Source: Candidatus Saccharimonadota bacterium (GTDB taxonomy: Bacteria > Patescibacteriota > Saccharimonadia > QS-5-54-17). From it: a stretch of 34,318 bases of DNA. The translations under genes were made by a program, and so were the position numbers. Below are positions 27,128 through 34,318 of the stretch, piece by piece. How positions within the stretch are numbered: position 1 is the stretch's first letter; the number at the start of each line of letters is the position of its first letter. The notes under the pieces are model-generated. The model saw nothing but the letters and a program-made list of their open reading frames with translations. It did not search any database and was not told the DNA's origin. The stretch is taken from assembly GCA_007131065.1 (NCBI GenBank), contig SLRF01000049.1, positions 1 to 34,318 of the forward strand, given 5' to 3'.

Positions 27128-27540
27128 TGGTGGAGCTGCGGGGAATCGCACCCCGGTCCGCGAGATAACTTCCTATCCTTCTACGAGCATAGTCGATTTA
27201 AAAATGTTCGGACGAATTCACCAAGAAACCGACAAAGAGAAATCGTCTATAGCCGTAATTAAAAATTTGACTGGGTGGATACGGCAACCGCCCTGTCTCA
27301 TCCGAATATATGACATCAGAAAACCGCTATTCGGAGATCACGGAACTGATGGCTGTGGCGTTTAGGCTACAGCTGTCGCAAGGTTTCGAGGCACGAAAGC
27401 TTCAGAAACTGAAGCTAACACACTGTTCACCTTGCTAGTAAATGCGTTTGCATTTGTTGTAGTTGGTCCAGCTAACGTGTAGACCAAACCGGCTCGCAGA
27501 ATAGGTTGTCAAAATACTCACGTCGAAGCTTGTCAGCCCC
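27128..27540 (-). ncRNA. ssrA: tmRNA (one-piece, about 413 nt)
   Basis: The minus strand begins GGGGCTGACAAGCTTCGACG and ends GGACCGGGGTGCGATTCCCCGCAGCTCCACCA (T-arm, acceptor, CCA). A candidate tag ORF starts at nt 90 and ends ..LATAVA-TAA. Confidence 0.92.
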
Positions 27541-27645
27541 ATACATATATATTTTAACATAAGAATACCCATATTATACCAGTGGTAATCTTTTACGCCC
27601 ATAAGGGGTTTTGATACAATAAACACAAGCACTACGAGGTAATCA

Positions 27646-28611
27646 GTGAAAAATACGAATACTCATAACCAACATGGTCCGGCGCCTACGCAGTTGCGTA
27701 AGCATTATTATATGGACTCCTTCGCTGTTATTGCTCCACAGCGCAGTAAGCGCCCCAACAATACTTCTGCGCAAGAAATCGTAAGTGAGAAAGACCAGGC
27801 ATCCCATCCCATAGAGGACGAAGAAAGTATATTCGAGATAAAAGACAAATCAGGAAATTGGCAAGTCAAGGTGGTAAAGAACGCCTTTCCCGCCTTTACT
27901 GATGACAACCCTGAAACCAAAGGAGAACACGAAGTAATTCTAGAAACCCCCAAACCAGATACTCCTTTCGCAGAACTATCAGTAGAAGAAATAACAGTAG
28001 TACTACGCACATATCAAGAGCGCATACGCCAGCTAGGGCAACGGTACGAATTCATTAGCGTGTTCAAAAATCATGGTAAACGCGCCGGTGCCAGTCTCAA
28101 CCACACCCATTCACAAATAATTGCTACTGATATTGTGCCTCCGGAAGTTCGCCGCGAGCGAGCTGCGGTCACCCAATATCAAGAAAAACATGGAACGTCG
28201 CCACTGTGCGATGTCATTCGCTGGGAGTTAACACAAGGAGAAAGGGTCGTAGCTCATACTAGGCACAACAGTACTATATGTCCATATGCTAGTCGCTTCC
28301 CGCTTGAAGCATGGATAGTTCCGAATCGTCAACACCACTCAATAGTAGATCTATCCGATGAAGAAATAACTTCACTCGCCGACCACCTTAAAGGCGTCAC
28401 TTCTGCTCTAACTGCCAATGCCATAGATTACAATTTTCATCTTGTAGAAGGTATTGACGGTCAAAGCAACCATTTCTATGTCAAAGTATTGCCACGAATC
28501 GCTTACCAAGCCGGGTTCGAGCACGACACTGGAATATACATCAACCCCATCAGTCCTGAATATGCTAGAAAGTGGTATCAAAAATACATCAAAATCCCAA
28601 ATGTTGTCTAA
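27646..28611 (+). CDS. GalT-like HIT-superfamily nucleotidyltransferase (galactose-1-phosphate uridylyltransferase family)
   Basis: This 321-aa ORF has a GTG start preceded by GAGG and an HxHxQ active-site motif (NHTHSQI). I did not see the N-terminal CxxC of E. coli GalT, so its substrate is uncertain. Confidence 0.7.
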   Translation: MKNTNTHNQHGPAPTQLRKHYYMDSFAVIAPQRSKRPNNTSAQEIVSEKDQASHPIEDEESIFEIKDKSGNWQVKVVKNAFPAFTDDNPETKGEHEVILETPKPDTPFAELSVEEITVVLRTYQERIRQLGQRYEFISVFKNHGKRAGASLNHTHSQIIATDIVPPEVRRERAAVTQYQEKHGTSPLCDVIRWELTQGERVVAHTRHNSTICPYASRFPLEAWIVPNRQHHSIVDLSDEEITSLADHLKGVTSALTANAIDYNFHLVEGIDGQSNHFYVKVLPRIAYQAGFEHDTGIYINPISPEYARKWYQKYIKIPNVV

Positions 28612-30091
28612 AGTATATGCCGCTGCCAGTGCCGGGTTCGAAGGTCAAATAGTAGAAGTCGAATGCGATATAAGTAGTGGATTGCCAGGAGTAACTATCG
28701 TCGGACTTCCCAATAAAGCTATCGATGAAGCCAAGGAGCGAGTACGTAGCGCTCTTAAAAACAACAAGCTCGATATGCCGACTCGTAAAATAACTTTGAA
28801 TCTAGCCCCGGCAGACATACCCAAAGACGGCACTGCCTACGATGTACCTATGGCGGTAGCAATCCTAAAGGCTAGTGAGCAAGTCGCCGGCGACTTCTCT
28901 GATCGAAGCCTATTCGTTGGAGAATTATCACTCGATGGTAAGGTCCGAGCAATACCGGGGATAATCAATTCCGTCCAGACAGCAAAACAGCGAGGATTCG
29001 AGGCGATATTTGTCCCCGAAGCATCCAAAGACGAAGCTAGGCTCATCGAAGGTATCACCATATATCCGGTCAAGACTATCCAGCAGCTGTACAAGCACCT
29101 AGTAGCTGAGTCCCATATCAAACCAGTTCCTGCGCTCAAGAAGCTACCTAGTAGCTCCATAAACAAACAGGTAGATTATGGGGATATCTACGGGCAAGCT
29201 AGAGCCAAACGAGCCCTGGAAGTGGCCGCAGTCGGAGGTCACAATATACTGCTCAATGGCCCTCCTGGAGCCGGCAAAACTATGCTTGCTCGCAGTCTAG
29301 TATCGATACTCTCACCCCCAGACCGAGACGAGGTCATATCGATAACCAAGATGCACTCCTTAAGTAACGCCCATGACAACAAGATAATATCCAACAGACC
29401 CTTCCGCTCCCCGCATCACACTACTAGCGATATAGCTATTATCGGTGGTGGTCAGAATCCGACACCGGGAGAAATATCCCTAGCGCATAACGGCGTACTG
29501 TTTCTGGATGAACTGCCGGAGTTCAAGCGTAGCGTCCTCGAGGTACTGCGCCAACCACTAGAAGATGGCCACGTTACAGTATCACGAGCGAAAAGAACCA
29601 TTACCTACCCCGCCGATTTCATGCTGGTAGCTACGCAGAATCCTTGCCCGTGCGGATTTCTAGATGATGAAATTCGTGAATGCAAATGCAGTCCCGCACA
29701 GATAGAACGTTATAAGAAGAAACTATCCGGACCCTTGGTAGACAGAATAGATATTCGCATTACGGTAGCACGAGTTGAACACGATAAGCTCCTTCGCCCT
29801 CAGTCCGGAGAAAGTAGCGAGACAGTCGCTGCTAGAGTTGAAAAGGCCCGAAAATTCGGGGCCGAAAGAAACGGCGGGCGCACCAACTCACAACTGGGCA
29901 ACTCTGAGATTAAAAAATACTGTAGCCTGGATACGGAAAGCGAAGCCCTGCTCGAAAGGGCCGTAAAAAAACTGGACTTATCGGCTCGTGGCTATATGCG
30001 TACACTGAAAATATCGAGAAGTATAGCCGATATGGAGTACTCCGATAAGATTCATGCGACGCACCTAAGCGAAGCACTGCAGTACAGATAG
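28601..30091 (+). CDS. comM: Mg-chelatase-like ATPase ComM/YifB
   Basis: The N-terminus reads MLSKVYAAASAGFEGQIVEVECD.., Walker A is GPPGAGKT, and there is a C-terminal Mg-chelatase domain. The start ATG at 28601 overlaps the upstream gene by 11 nt. The longer ORF-track start at 28454 lies out of frame within the GalT-like coding sequence. Confidence 0.9.
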   Translation: MLSKVYAAASAGFEGQIVEVECDISSGLPGVTIVGLPNKAIDEAKERVRSALKNNKLDMPTRKITLNLAPADIPKDGTAYDVPMAVAILKASEQVAGDFSDRSLFVGELSLDGKVRAIPGIINSVQTAKQRGFEAIFVPEASKDEARLIEGITIYPVKTIQQLYKHLVAESHIKPVPALKKLPSSSINKQVDYGDIYGQARAKRALEVAAVGGHNILLNGPPGAGKTMLARSLVSILSPPDRDEVISITKMHSLSNAHDNKIISNRPFRSPHHTTSDIAIIGGGQNPTPGEISLAHNGVLFLDELPEFKRSVLEVLRQPLEDGHVTVSRAKRTITYPADFMLVATQNPCPCGFLDDEIRECKCSPAQIERYKKKLSGPLVDRIDIRITVARVEHDKLLRPQSGESSETVAARVEKARKFGAERNGGRTNSQLGNSEIKKYCSLDTESEALLERAVKKLDLSARGYMRTLKISRSIADMEYSDKIHATHLSEALQYR

Positions 30092-30122
30092 ATATCTAAA
30101 AAGAACACTGACTCAGAGCTGT

Positions 30123-30431
30123 CTAGCTAACCAATATCTCCACCCAGTCACTAGGAAGCACCCCGGTCTGAGCGGACAGCCATACTGCTAGCTGGAATAA
30201 CACTAACGCGCCGAAAACCAACAGGCTGTATTTCATCAACTTAATCCTTCTGCGAGTATCCTCATCTGTGGTAACTGTATTAAGCTGACTGTCTTCATCT
30301 ACCTTGCCTGGCACCTTTTTAGGTGGGGATTTACGCATAGGTGCACTACTCGACTCCATTTTCGGAGAAGGCATGCTTCGCTTTTGCTGTAAGCGCTCTT
30401 TTTCTCGTCTGGTTCTACGTCTTTTGGGCAT
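30123..30431 (-). CDS. hypothetical protein, basic N-terminus plus one C-terminal TM helix (102 aa)
   Basis: The evidence is the ORF and its composition only. Confidence 0.45.
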   Translation of the reverse strand: MPKRRRTRREKERLQQKRSMPSPKMESSSAPMRKSPPKKVPGKVDEDSQLNTVTTDEDTRRRIKLMKYSLLVFGALVLFQLAVWLSAQTGVLPSDWVEILVS

Positions 30432-30514
30432 AATTAGATAGTACGAAATTTACATTGAAATTGCGAACTACTCATAAACCTGGTCATGTGTTAATGATGC
30501 TATATACTGGAAAT

Positions 30515-31000
30515 ATGATAGATGTAAACGTTGGTCTCGTTGTGCTTAGCGCTGTAGCTGTAGCAGTAGCCGGTATTAGTCTGTACAAGAGCTGGCAAAC
30601 CCAGAAACGTATAGAAGATATATTCGCCGGCCTAGAACATGACGATCAAGATATATCCCAAACTATAGAAAAATACTTCACTCAAATAAAAAGTACCGAT
30701 GCCAAGCTAAGTAAAATACAAAGCAATTACCAGCACTTATCCAAGATCGCCGCAACAAGCCTGCAGAAAACAGCCATCGTAAGATTCAACCCTTTCAAAA
30801 ATACTGGCGGCGACCAAAGCTTCGCGTTGTCCTTGCTAGACAATCACAACAGCGGTTTCATGCTCACCAGCATACACTCAAGAGAGGGTACGCGCGTATA
30901 TATTAAACCCATACACTACGGAACCAGCGACCATACACTATCCAAAGAAGAACAGTCCGCTCTCGATAGTGCTATGAAGGGAGTCGATAATGATAAATAA
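30515..31000 (+). CDS. DUF4446-family protein
   Basis: There is an N-terminal TM helix and then the block ..AIVRFNPFKNTGGDQSFALSLLD..GFMLTSIHSREGTRVY.. I prefer the ATG at 30515, which has TGcTATATACT just upstream. ORF-track alternatives are 30455 and 30494. Confidence 0.75.
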   Translation: MIDVNVGLVVLSAVAVAVAGISLYKSWQTQKRIEDIFAGLEHDDQDISQTIEKYFTQIKSTDAKLSKIQSNYQHLSKIAATSLQKTAIVRFNPFKNTGGDQSFALSLLDNHNSGFMLTSIHSREGTRVYIKPIHYGTSDHTLSKEEQSALDSAMKGVDNDK

Positions 31001-31049
31001 GATACTTAGATACTAGTGTATTTTTTGTTAAACGAACAGGAGGCAAGCA

Positions 31050-31415
31050 ATGGCTAAAAAATCACCAATCCAACCGGACACCGCAGACACGATTATATCC
31101 CGAGATCTACGAATCAAGGGTAATCTCAGTAGCGACAACGACATATGGATAGACGGCGTCGTCGAAGGGGACGTAACCACCCAGGGTAATATATCCGTCG
31201 GTGAATCTGGCAAAATACTGGGGGGAGTATCTGCTACAGAAATTCGAGTATCCGGCACAATCCATGGTGACATCAACGCAGTTGAATCGACGGTGTGCGA
31301 TAGCACTGCAGAAATCGATGGCGACATACATTCGCCTCGGCTCAGCGTAGAAAGCGGAGCAGTTATATCGGGCCGTATAGATATGGGACGATCAGAAACA
31401 AACGAGGAAGAGTAG
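31050..31415 (+). CDS. bactofilin-family cytoskeletal protein
   Basis: This 121-aa ORF has a repetitive beta-helix pattern (I.G.V.GD...). AGGAGG lies 7 nt upstream of the ATG. Confidence 0.85.
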   Translation: MAKKSPIQPDTADTIISRDLRIKGNLSSDNDIWIDGVVEGDVTTQGNISVGESGKILGGVSATEIRVSGTIHGDINAVESTVCDSTAEIDGDIHSPRLSVESGAVISGRIDMGRSETNEEE

Positions 31416-31425
31416 AGCTCCGAAG

Positions 31426-32202
31426 ATGTATCACTACATCGTAAATCCCAGTTCAGGCGACCGAAGTTTCGACGGTATAGCTTCGAAGCTAAAAGCAAAG
31501 TTGCGCCAATTAGGAATCGATGGACCATTCGATAAAACTATAGACGTAAAAGACACCGCCAAGATAACACATGCCGCTATAAGAAGTGGCGCTCAAACAA
31601 TAGTAGCTGTCGGTGGCGACAAGACTGTAAACGAAGTAATAACAGCAGTAAATGAATCCGGTAAATCCTCCACTTCTATTGGAATTATCCCGCTTGGACA
31701 CCGCAACACCCTGGCCGGCCAAGTAGGTATAACCGATTGGCAGCATGCCACTGAATTACTAGCCGCGCGAAGACTGCGGTCCTTCCGTCTTATGGATGTA
31801 AACGACTACAGTTTTATTCAGAGCTGTGAAATCCAAATGCCAAACGACGACTCATTAGACTCCTTGATAGAAGTGGACGGATCTTATCGCGTTAAGGCTC
31901 CTATGTCCCGATGCAGAATATCGAACACTAGATTAAGTAATCCACATCTCTCCGACGAGTTGCTTGTGCAGATTTATGGAGGTCAGCCCGAACCGGGGTT
32001 ATTCGACCGCCTAGTAGGCCGATCCAGGGATGAAAGAGATATATCTCAATTACACGCTCGTGTAATAGCACTGGAGCTTCCCGCCGATGTTACGGCCCAG
32101 GTGGACGGCAGACCTATCGTCGATAGACACTTCCGTATCCGTCTGTCACAAAAACCGGTACGTATAATATCGGCCCGCTACGATAACGGCGATAACATAT
32201 GA
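31426..32202 (+). CDS. diacylglycerol/lipid kinase family protein (YegS/BmrU-like)
   Basis: This 258-aa ORF has IVAVGGDKTVNEV, a variant of the GGDGT motif. Confidence 0.75.
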   Translation: MYHYIVNPSSGDRSFDGIASKLKAKLRQLGIDGPFDKTIDVKDTAKITHAAIRSGAQTIVAVGGDKTVNEVITAVNESGKSSTSIGIIPLGHRNTLAGQVGITDWQHATELLAARRLRSFRLMDVNDYSFIQSCEIQMPNDDSLDSLIEVDGSYRVKAPMSRCRISNTRLSNPHLSDELLVQIYGGQPEPGLFDRLVGRSRDERDISQLHARVIALELPADVTAQVDGRPIVDRHFRIRLSQKPVRIISARYDNGDNI

Positions 32203-32234
32203 GCAGCTACAAAAATCAAACCCCTGGCAGGGGT

Positions 32235-32263
32235 TTGACCACAGGTAAGTAACTTGCTACAAT
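32235..32263 (+). promoter_or_regulatory. candidate infC-rpmI-rplT promoter
   Basis: TTGACC (32235-32240), a 17-nt spacer, then TACAAT (32258-32263). The -35 element overlaps a hairpin (32217-32237) that follows the kinase gene. Confidence 0.55.
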
Positions 32264-32293
32264 CACCTAGCAAACAATTAAGGAGCCGGATTA

Positions 32294-32797
32294 ATCAAAC
32301 AGCCACGCCTAAACGAGCAAATTAGAGCAAGCGAGGTACGCCTCATCGATGCCGAAGGTAATCAGCTCGGCATCCTCAGCTCAAAGGAAGCACTTCAAAA
32401 AGCACGTGACGCAGGCTATGATTTGGTTGAAATGTCTCCCGATGCCTCTCCTCCTGTAGTACGCATGATCGACTGGGGTAAGCATCAATACGAGAAGACT
32501 AAGCAAGAACAAAAGGCTCGGCGCAAACAAAAGACGCATGAAATGAAACAGATGCGCTTTGGTCTCAAAATCGGCCAGCACGATTTAGACGTCAAGCTCG
32601 GGCAAATCCGCAAGTTCCTAGAAAAAGGCCACAAGGTCAAACTAACGGTTCGCTTCAGGGGCAGAGAAATCGTACACCCCGAACTAGGCAATGAGCTTCT
32701 CGACCGAATGGTAGAGGCATTGAGCGACATAGCGGTCGTAGATCAAGAGCCGTCTCTAGCTGGAAAGCAGCTAAATATGGTGATACGCAAAAAATAA
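32294..32797 (+). CDS. infC: translation initiation factor IF-3, non-canonical AUC start
   Basis: The conserved N-terminus NEQIRASEVRLIDAEGNQLGI lies upstream of the first ATG/GTG/TTG (32423). An in-frame TAA lies at 32279-32281. AGGAG (32281-32285) is 8 nt before the ATC at 32294. Confidence 0.85.
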   Translation: MKQPRLNEQIRASEVRLIDAEGNQLGILSSKEALQKARDAGYDLVEMSPDASPPVVRMIDWGKHQYEKTKQEQKARRKQKTHEMKQMRFGLKIGQHDLDVKLGQIRKFLEKGHKVKLTVRFRGREIVHPELGNELLDRMVEALSDIAVVDQEPSLAGKQLNMVIRKK

Positions 32798-32899
32798 TAT
32801 ATTTATAAAAAGTCTTCCCACCCTGTTTGAGACTCAACCAACCTATGGTAGAATCTCAGACAGTGTATATATGACTACTGTGAACGGAGTATTGTAACA

Positions 32900-33094
32900 A
32901 TGCCAAAGCTAAAGACACATCGAGGAGCGAACAAGCGAATAAAGCTTACCGGAACCGGCAAGCCTAAACGACGTCGTGCATTTAGGTCACACATGCTGAC
33001 CAAGAAGCGCAATTCCAGGAAGCGCAATTTCACGAGAGAGTTCGAATTCCAGGATGGTGACCGCAGTAATGTCAAGAAGATGTTAAAGAGGTAA
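32900..33094 (+). CDS. rpmI: 50S ribosomal protein L35
   Basis: This 64-aa ORF begins [21 protein letters not shown]. Confidence 0.95.
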   Translation: MPKLKTHRGANKRIKLTGTGKPKRRRAFRSHMLTKKRNSRKRNFTREFEFQDGDRSNVKKMLKR

Positions 33095-33097
33095 AAG

Positions 33098-33451
33098 ATG
33101 AGAGTTAAACGAGGCGTTACCGCCAGGAAAAGACACAAGAAGCTACGCAAAGCCGCCAAAGGCATGCAACACAACCGGACATCTAGCCCTCGCATGGCTA
33201 GACAGGGTGTACAGAGGGCTATGCAATACCAGTACCGAGATCGTCGTAATCGTAAGAGAGATTTCCGTCGACTATGGATTACCCGTATTAATGCCGGTGC
33301 GCGTGAGCACGGTTTAAGCTATAGCCAGCTAATGAAGAAGCTAAACGATGCCGATGTCAAGCTCGACCGAAAGATACTAGCCCACTTAGCGGCCACTGAA
33401 CCCCACGCATTTAAAGGCGTTGTGGACTCAGTCAATAAATCATCTAAGTAA
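33098..33451 (+). CDS. rplT: 50S ribosomal protein L20
   Basis: This 117-aa ORF begins MRVKRGVTARKRHKK and contains LWITRINA. Confidence 0.96.
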   Translation: MRVKRGVTARKRHKKLRKAAKGMQHNRTSSPRMARQGVQRAMQYQYRDRRNRKRDFRRLWITRINAGAREHGLSYSQLMKKLNDADVKLDRKILAHLAATEPHAFKGVVDSVNKSSK

Positions 33452-33463
33452 TTTTTAAATCGC

Positions 33464-33505
33464 AAAAATAAAAAACCTGGAATCAAATGATTTCAGGTTT
33501 TTTAT
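33464..33505. terminator. bidirectional intrinsic terminator shared by rplT (+) and rnpB (-)
   Basis: An A-run, then CCTGGAATCA-aa-TGATTTCAGG (33476-33497), then a T-run. The element reads as a terminator on both strands. Confidence 0.75.
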
Positions 33506-33711
33506 TGCAAGACCACGTATAAGCCGGATTCTGTCATTGAAGATAGCTATCTATCTAGTCCCGATATTGCTATCGGGATCAAGCGGGTAGTTGCTTACCG
33601 TCGCCTGGGCTAAGCATATGACGGCTCGCTCCTTGCAGCGGACGGGGTTTACCTCCCTACAATGGTCACCCATCGAGGCTGTGGGCTCTTACCCCACTCT
33701 TTTCACCCTTA

Positions 33712-33836
33712 CCCCGCACCTGAAACCGATAGTGCTTATGCACTTACGTGTAACTTTTTGATATATCTCGATTAAACGGATATATTTCAAAAATCCACCT
33801 ACTTGAACGTAAGTTCAATCGGTTTCAGGTGCGGGG
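33712..33836 (-). repeat. P12 helix of rnpB: perfect 19-bp inverted repeat around an 87-nt AT-rich loop
   Basis: CCCCGCACCTGAAACCGAT (33712-33730) pairs with ATCGGTTTCAGGTGCGGGG (33818-33836). These arms share the 14-nt CCCCGCACCTGAAA with the P3 arms. Confidence 0.85.
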
Positions 33837-33940
33837 CGGTATTGTCTCTGTGGCACTTTCCCTAGGATCACTCCCGGTTGCCGTTAGCAACCGTCCTGCC
33901 CATGCGCTGTCCGGACTTTCCTCCCCGCACCTGAAATCAC

Positions 33941-34189
33941 TTAACGAAAGCCTACTCTTTTCTTCAGCTCCACTAGACCGCGACCGTATCGCTTGAGCTT
34001 ACGTTCACGTTCCTGAGCCAAAGCTTTCGTTAAAAATGCTTCGTAATACACAAGTTGCCAAGGTGTTCCAGTCTTAGTCGCGGAACTGTGGCCTTGGTTG
34101 TGTTGCTTAAATCGCTTCTGCAAATCTGCCGTTGAGCCGATATAGAAACTCCCGTTTTTCTTGCTCCTTAACAGATATACGTAATGCAT
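33941..34189 (-). CDS. small stand-alone GIY-YIG nuclease domain protein (YhbQ/YazA-like, 82 aa), nested inside rnpB P3
   Basis: The protein reads MHYVYLLRSKKNGSFYIGSTADLQKRFKQHNQG....LVYYEAF..ALAQERERKLKRY. This fits the GIY-(10)-YIG, Arg and Glu pattern of the UPF0213/COG2827 group. The ORF is intact and its TAA abuts the 3' arm of the P3 helix. Confidence 0.85.
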   Translation of the reverse strand: MHYVYLLRSKKNGSFYIGSTADLQKRFKQHNQGHSSATKTGTPWQLVYYEAFLTKALAQERERKLKRYGRGLVELKKRVGFR

Positions 34190-34252
34190 ACAGCGATTTT
34201 AGCATAGTGATTTCAGGTGCGGGGTAGCTATCCAGTGATCTTGCAATTAGAA

Positions 34253-34281
34253 ATTATAGAAGTCTATCGGCTTTTCTGCAA
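34253..34281 (-). promoter_or_regulatory. rnpB promoter
   Basis: The minus strand reads TTGCAG (rc 34276-34281), a 17-nt spacer, then TATAAT (rc 34253-34258). P1 starts 8 nt further on, at G 34244. Confidence 0.65.
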
Positions 34282-34318
34282 ATCAGATTCTTCATCAAGT
34301 ATAATGTTGACCTGTTCG

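Larger units (their letters stand above)
33507..34244 (-). ncRNA. rnpB: RNase P RNA, bacterial type A, 738 nt including two large helix-capped inserts
   Basis: On the minus strand, P1 pairs GCAAGAUCAC (34244-34235) with GUGGUCUUGC (33516-33507). P2 pairs GAUAGCUA with UAGCUAUC. Also present are GAGGAAAGUCCGG (rc 33911-33923), AGUGCCACAGAGACAAUACCGCC, GGUAAGGGUGAAA..GGGGUAAGAGCCCAC and ACAGAAUCCGGCUUAU (rc 33519-33534). Confidence 0.9.

Noticed and set aside
26784-27146. CRISPR array, second tmRNA or tRNA gene in the repeated region downstream of ssrA
   Set aside because: The repeats are fragments of the ssrA T-arm and acceptor in both orientations with irregular spacing. None folds into a complete cloverleaf or acceptor/T minihelix, and no 5' acceptor strand is present.
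26944-27632. ORF-track ORFs 26944-27168, 27066-27365 and 27435-27632
   Set aside because: They lie on top of the tmRNA gene and its scar region. They have no start context or recognisable protein features.
31028-31528. 166-aa minus-strand ORF overlapping the bactofilin gene
   Set aside because: It is antisense to a gene with a strong RBS and a clear family match, and its repetitive Ser/Pro-rich product mirrors the bactofilin repeats.
33941-34206. Group I intron with a GIY-YIG homing endonuclease inside rnpB
   Set aside because: Apart from the ORF, only 17 nt lie between the helix arms. That leaves no room for a P3-P9 intron core. The protein is a bare 82-aa GIY-YIG domain without a DNA-binding extension.

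Overview
This is a housekeeping chromosomal segment from a small-genome bacterium. The partial 16S rRNA at the left edge has short variable helices. Together with the gene content, this looks like Patescibacteria/CPR, probably Saccharibacteria-like; that is my judgement from memory, with no search run. The genetic code is standard: TGA is absent from about 9,000 sense codons of full-length conserved genes. Positions 1-22.9 kb form one minus-strand array: rrs (5' part), a PAP2-like gene, gyrA, gyrB, a 1297-aa VirD4/TraD-like ATPase, an acidic 142-aa ORF, pheT, pheS, a small membrane protein, a 680-nt ORF-free gap, trpS, rmuC (one in-frame TGA), a membrane-anchored Clp-like ATPase, a small membrane protein, a SprT-like protease and argS. 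The right part holds smpB, an unassigned CA-rich promoter-to-terminator RNA unit and a PilB/GspE ATPase. It continues with a GH37 trehalase, ssrA (tmRNA) followed by tmRNA 3'-end scars, a GalT-like gene and ComM. It ends with DUF4446, bactofilin, a lipid kinase, infC (AUC start)-rpmI-rplT and rnpB. Three observations stand out. (1) The RNase P RNA gene carries an intact GIY-YIG nuclease ORF inside a perfect 18-bp P3 helix, transcribed from the rnpB promoter. (2) Its P12 helix is built from nearly the same arm sequence around an 87-nt ORF-less loop. (3) PheT carries an apparently intact NlpC/P60 cysteine-peptidase domain inserted in its B5 domain. No CRISPR array, tRNA gene, integrase or transposase was seen.
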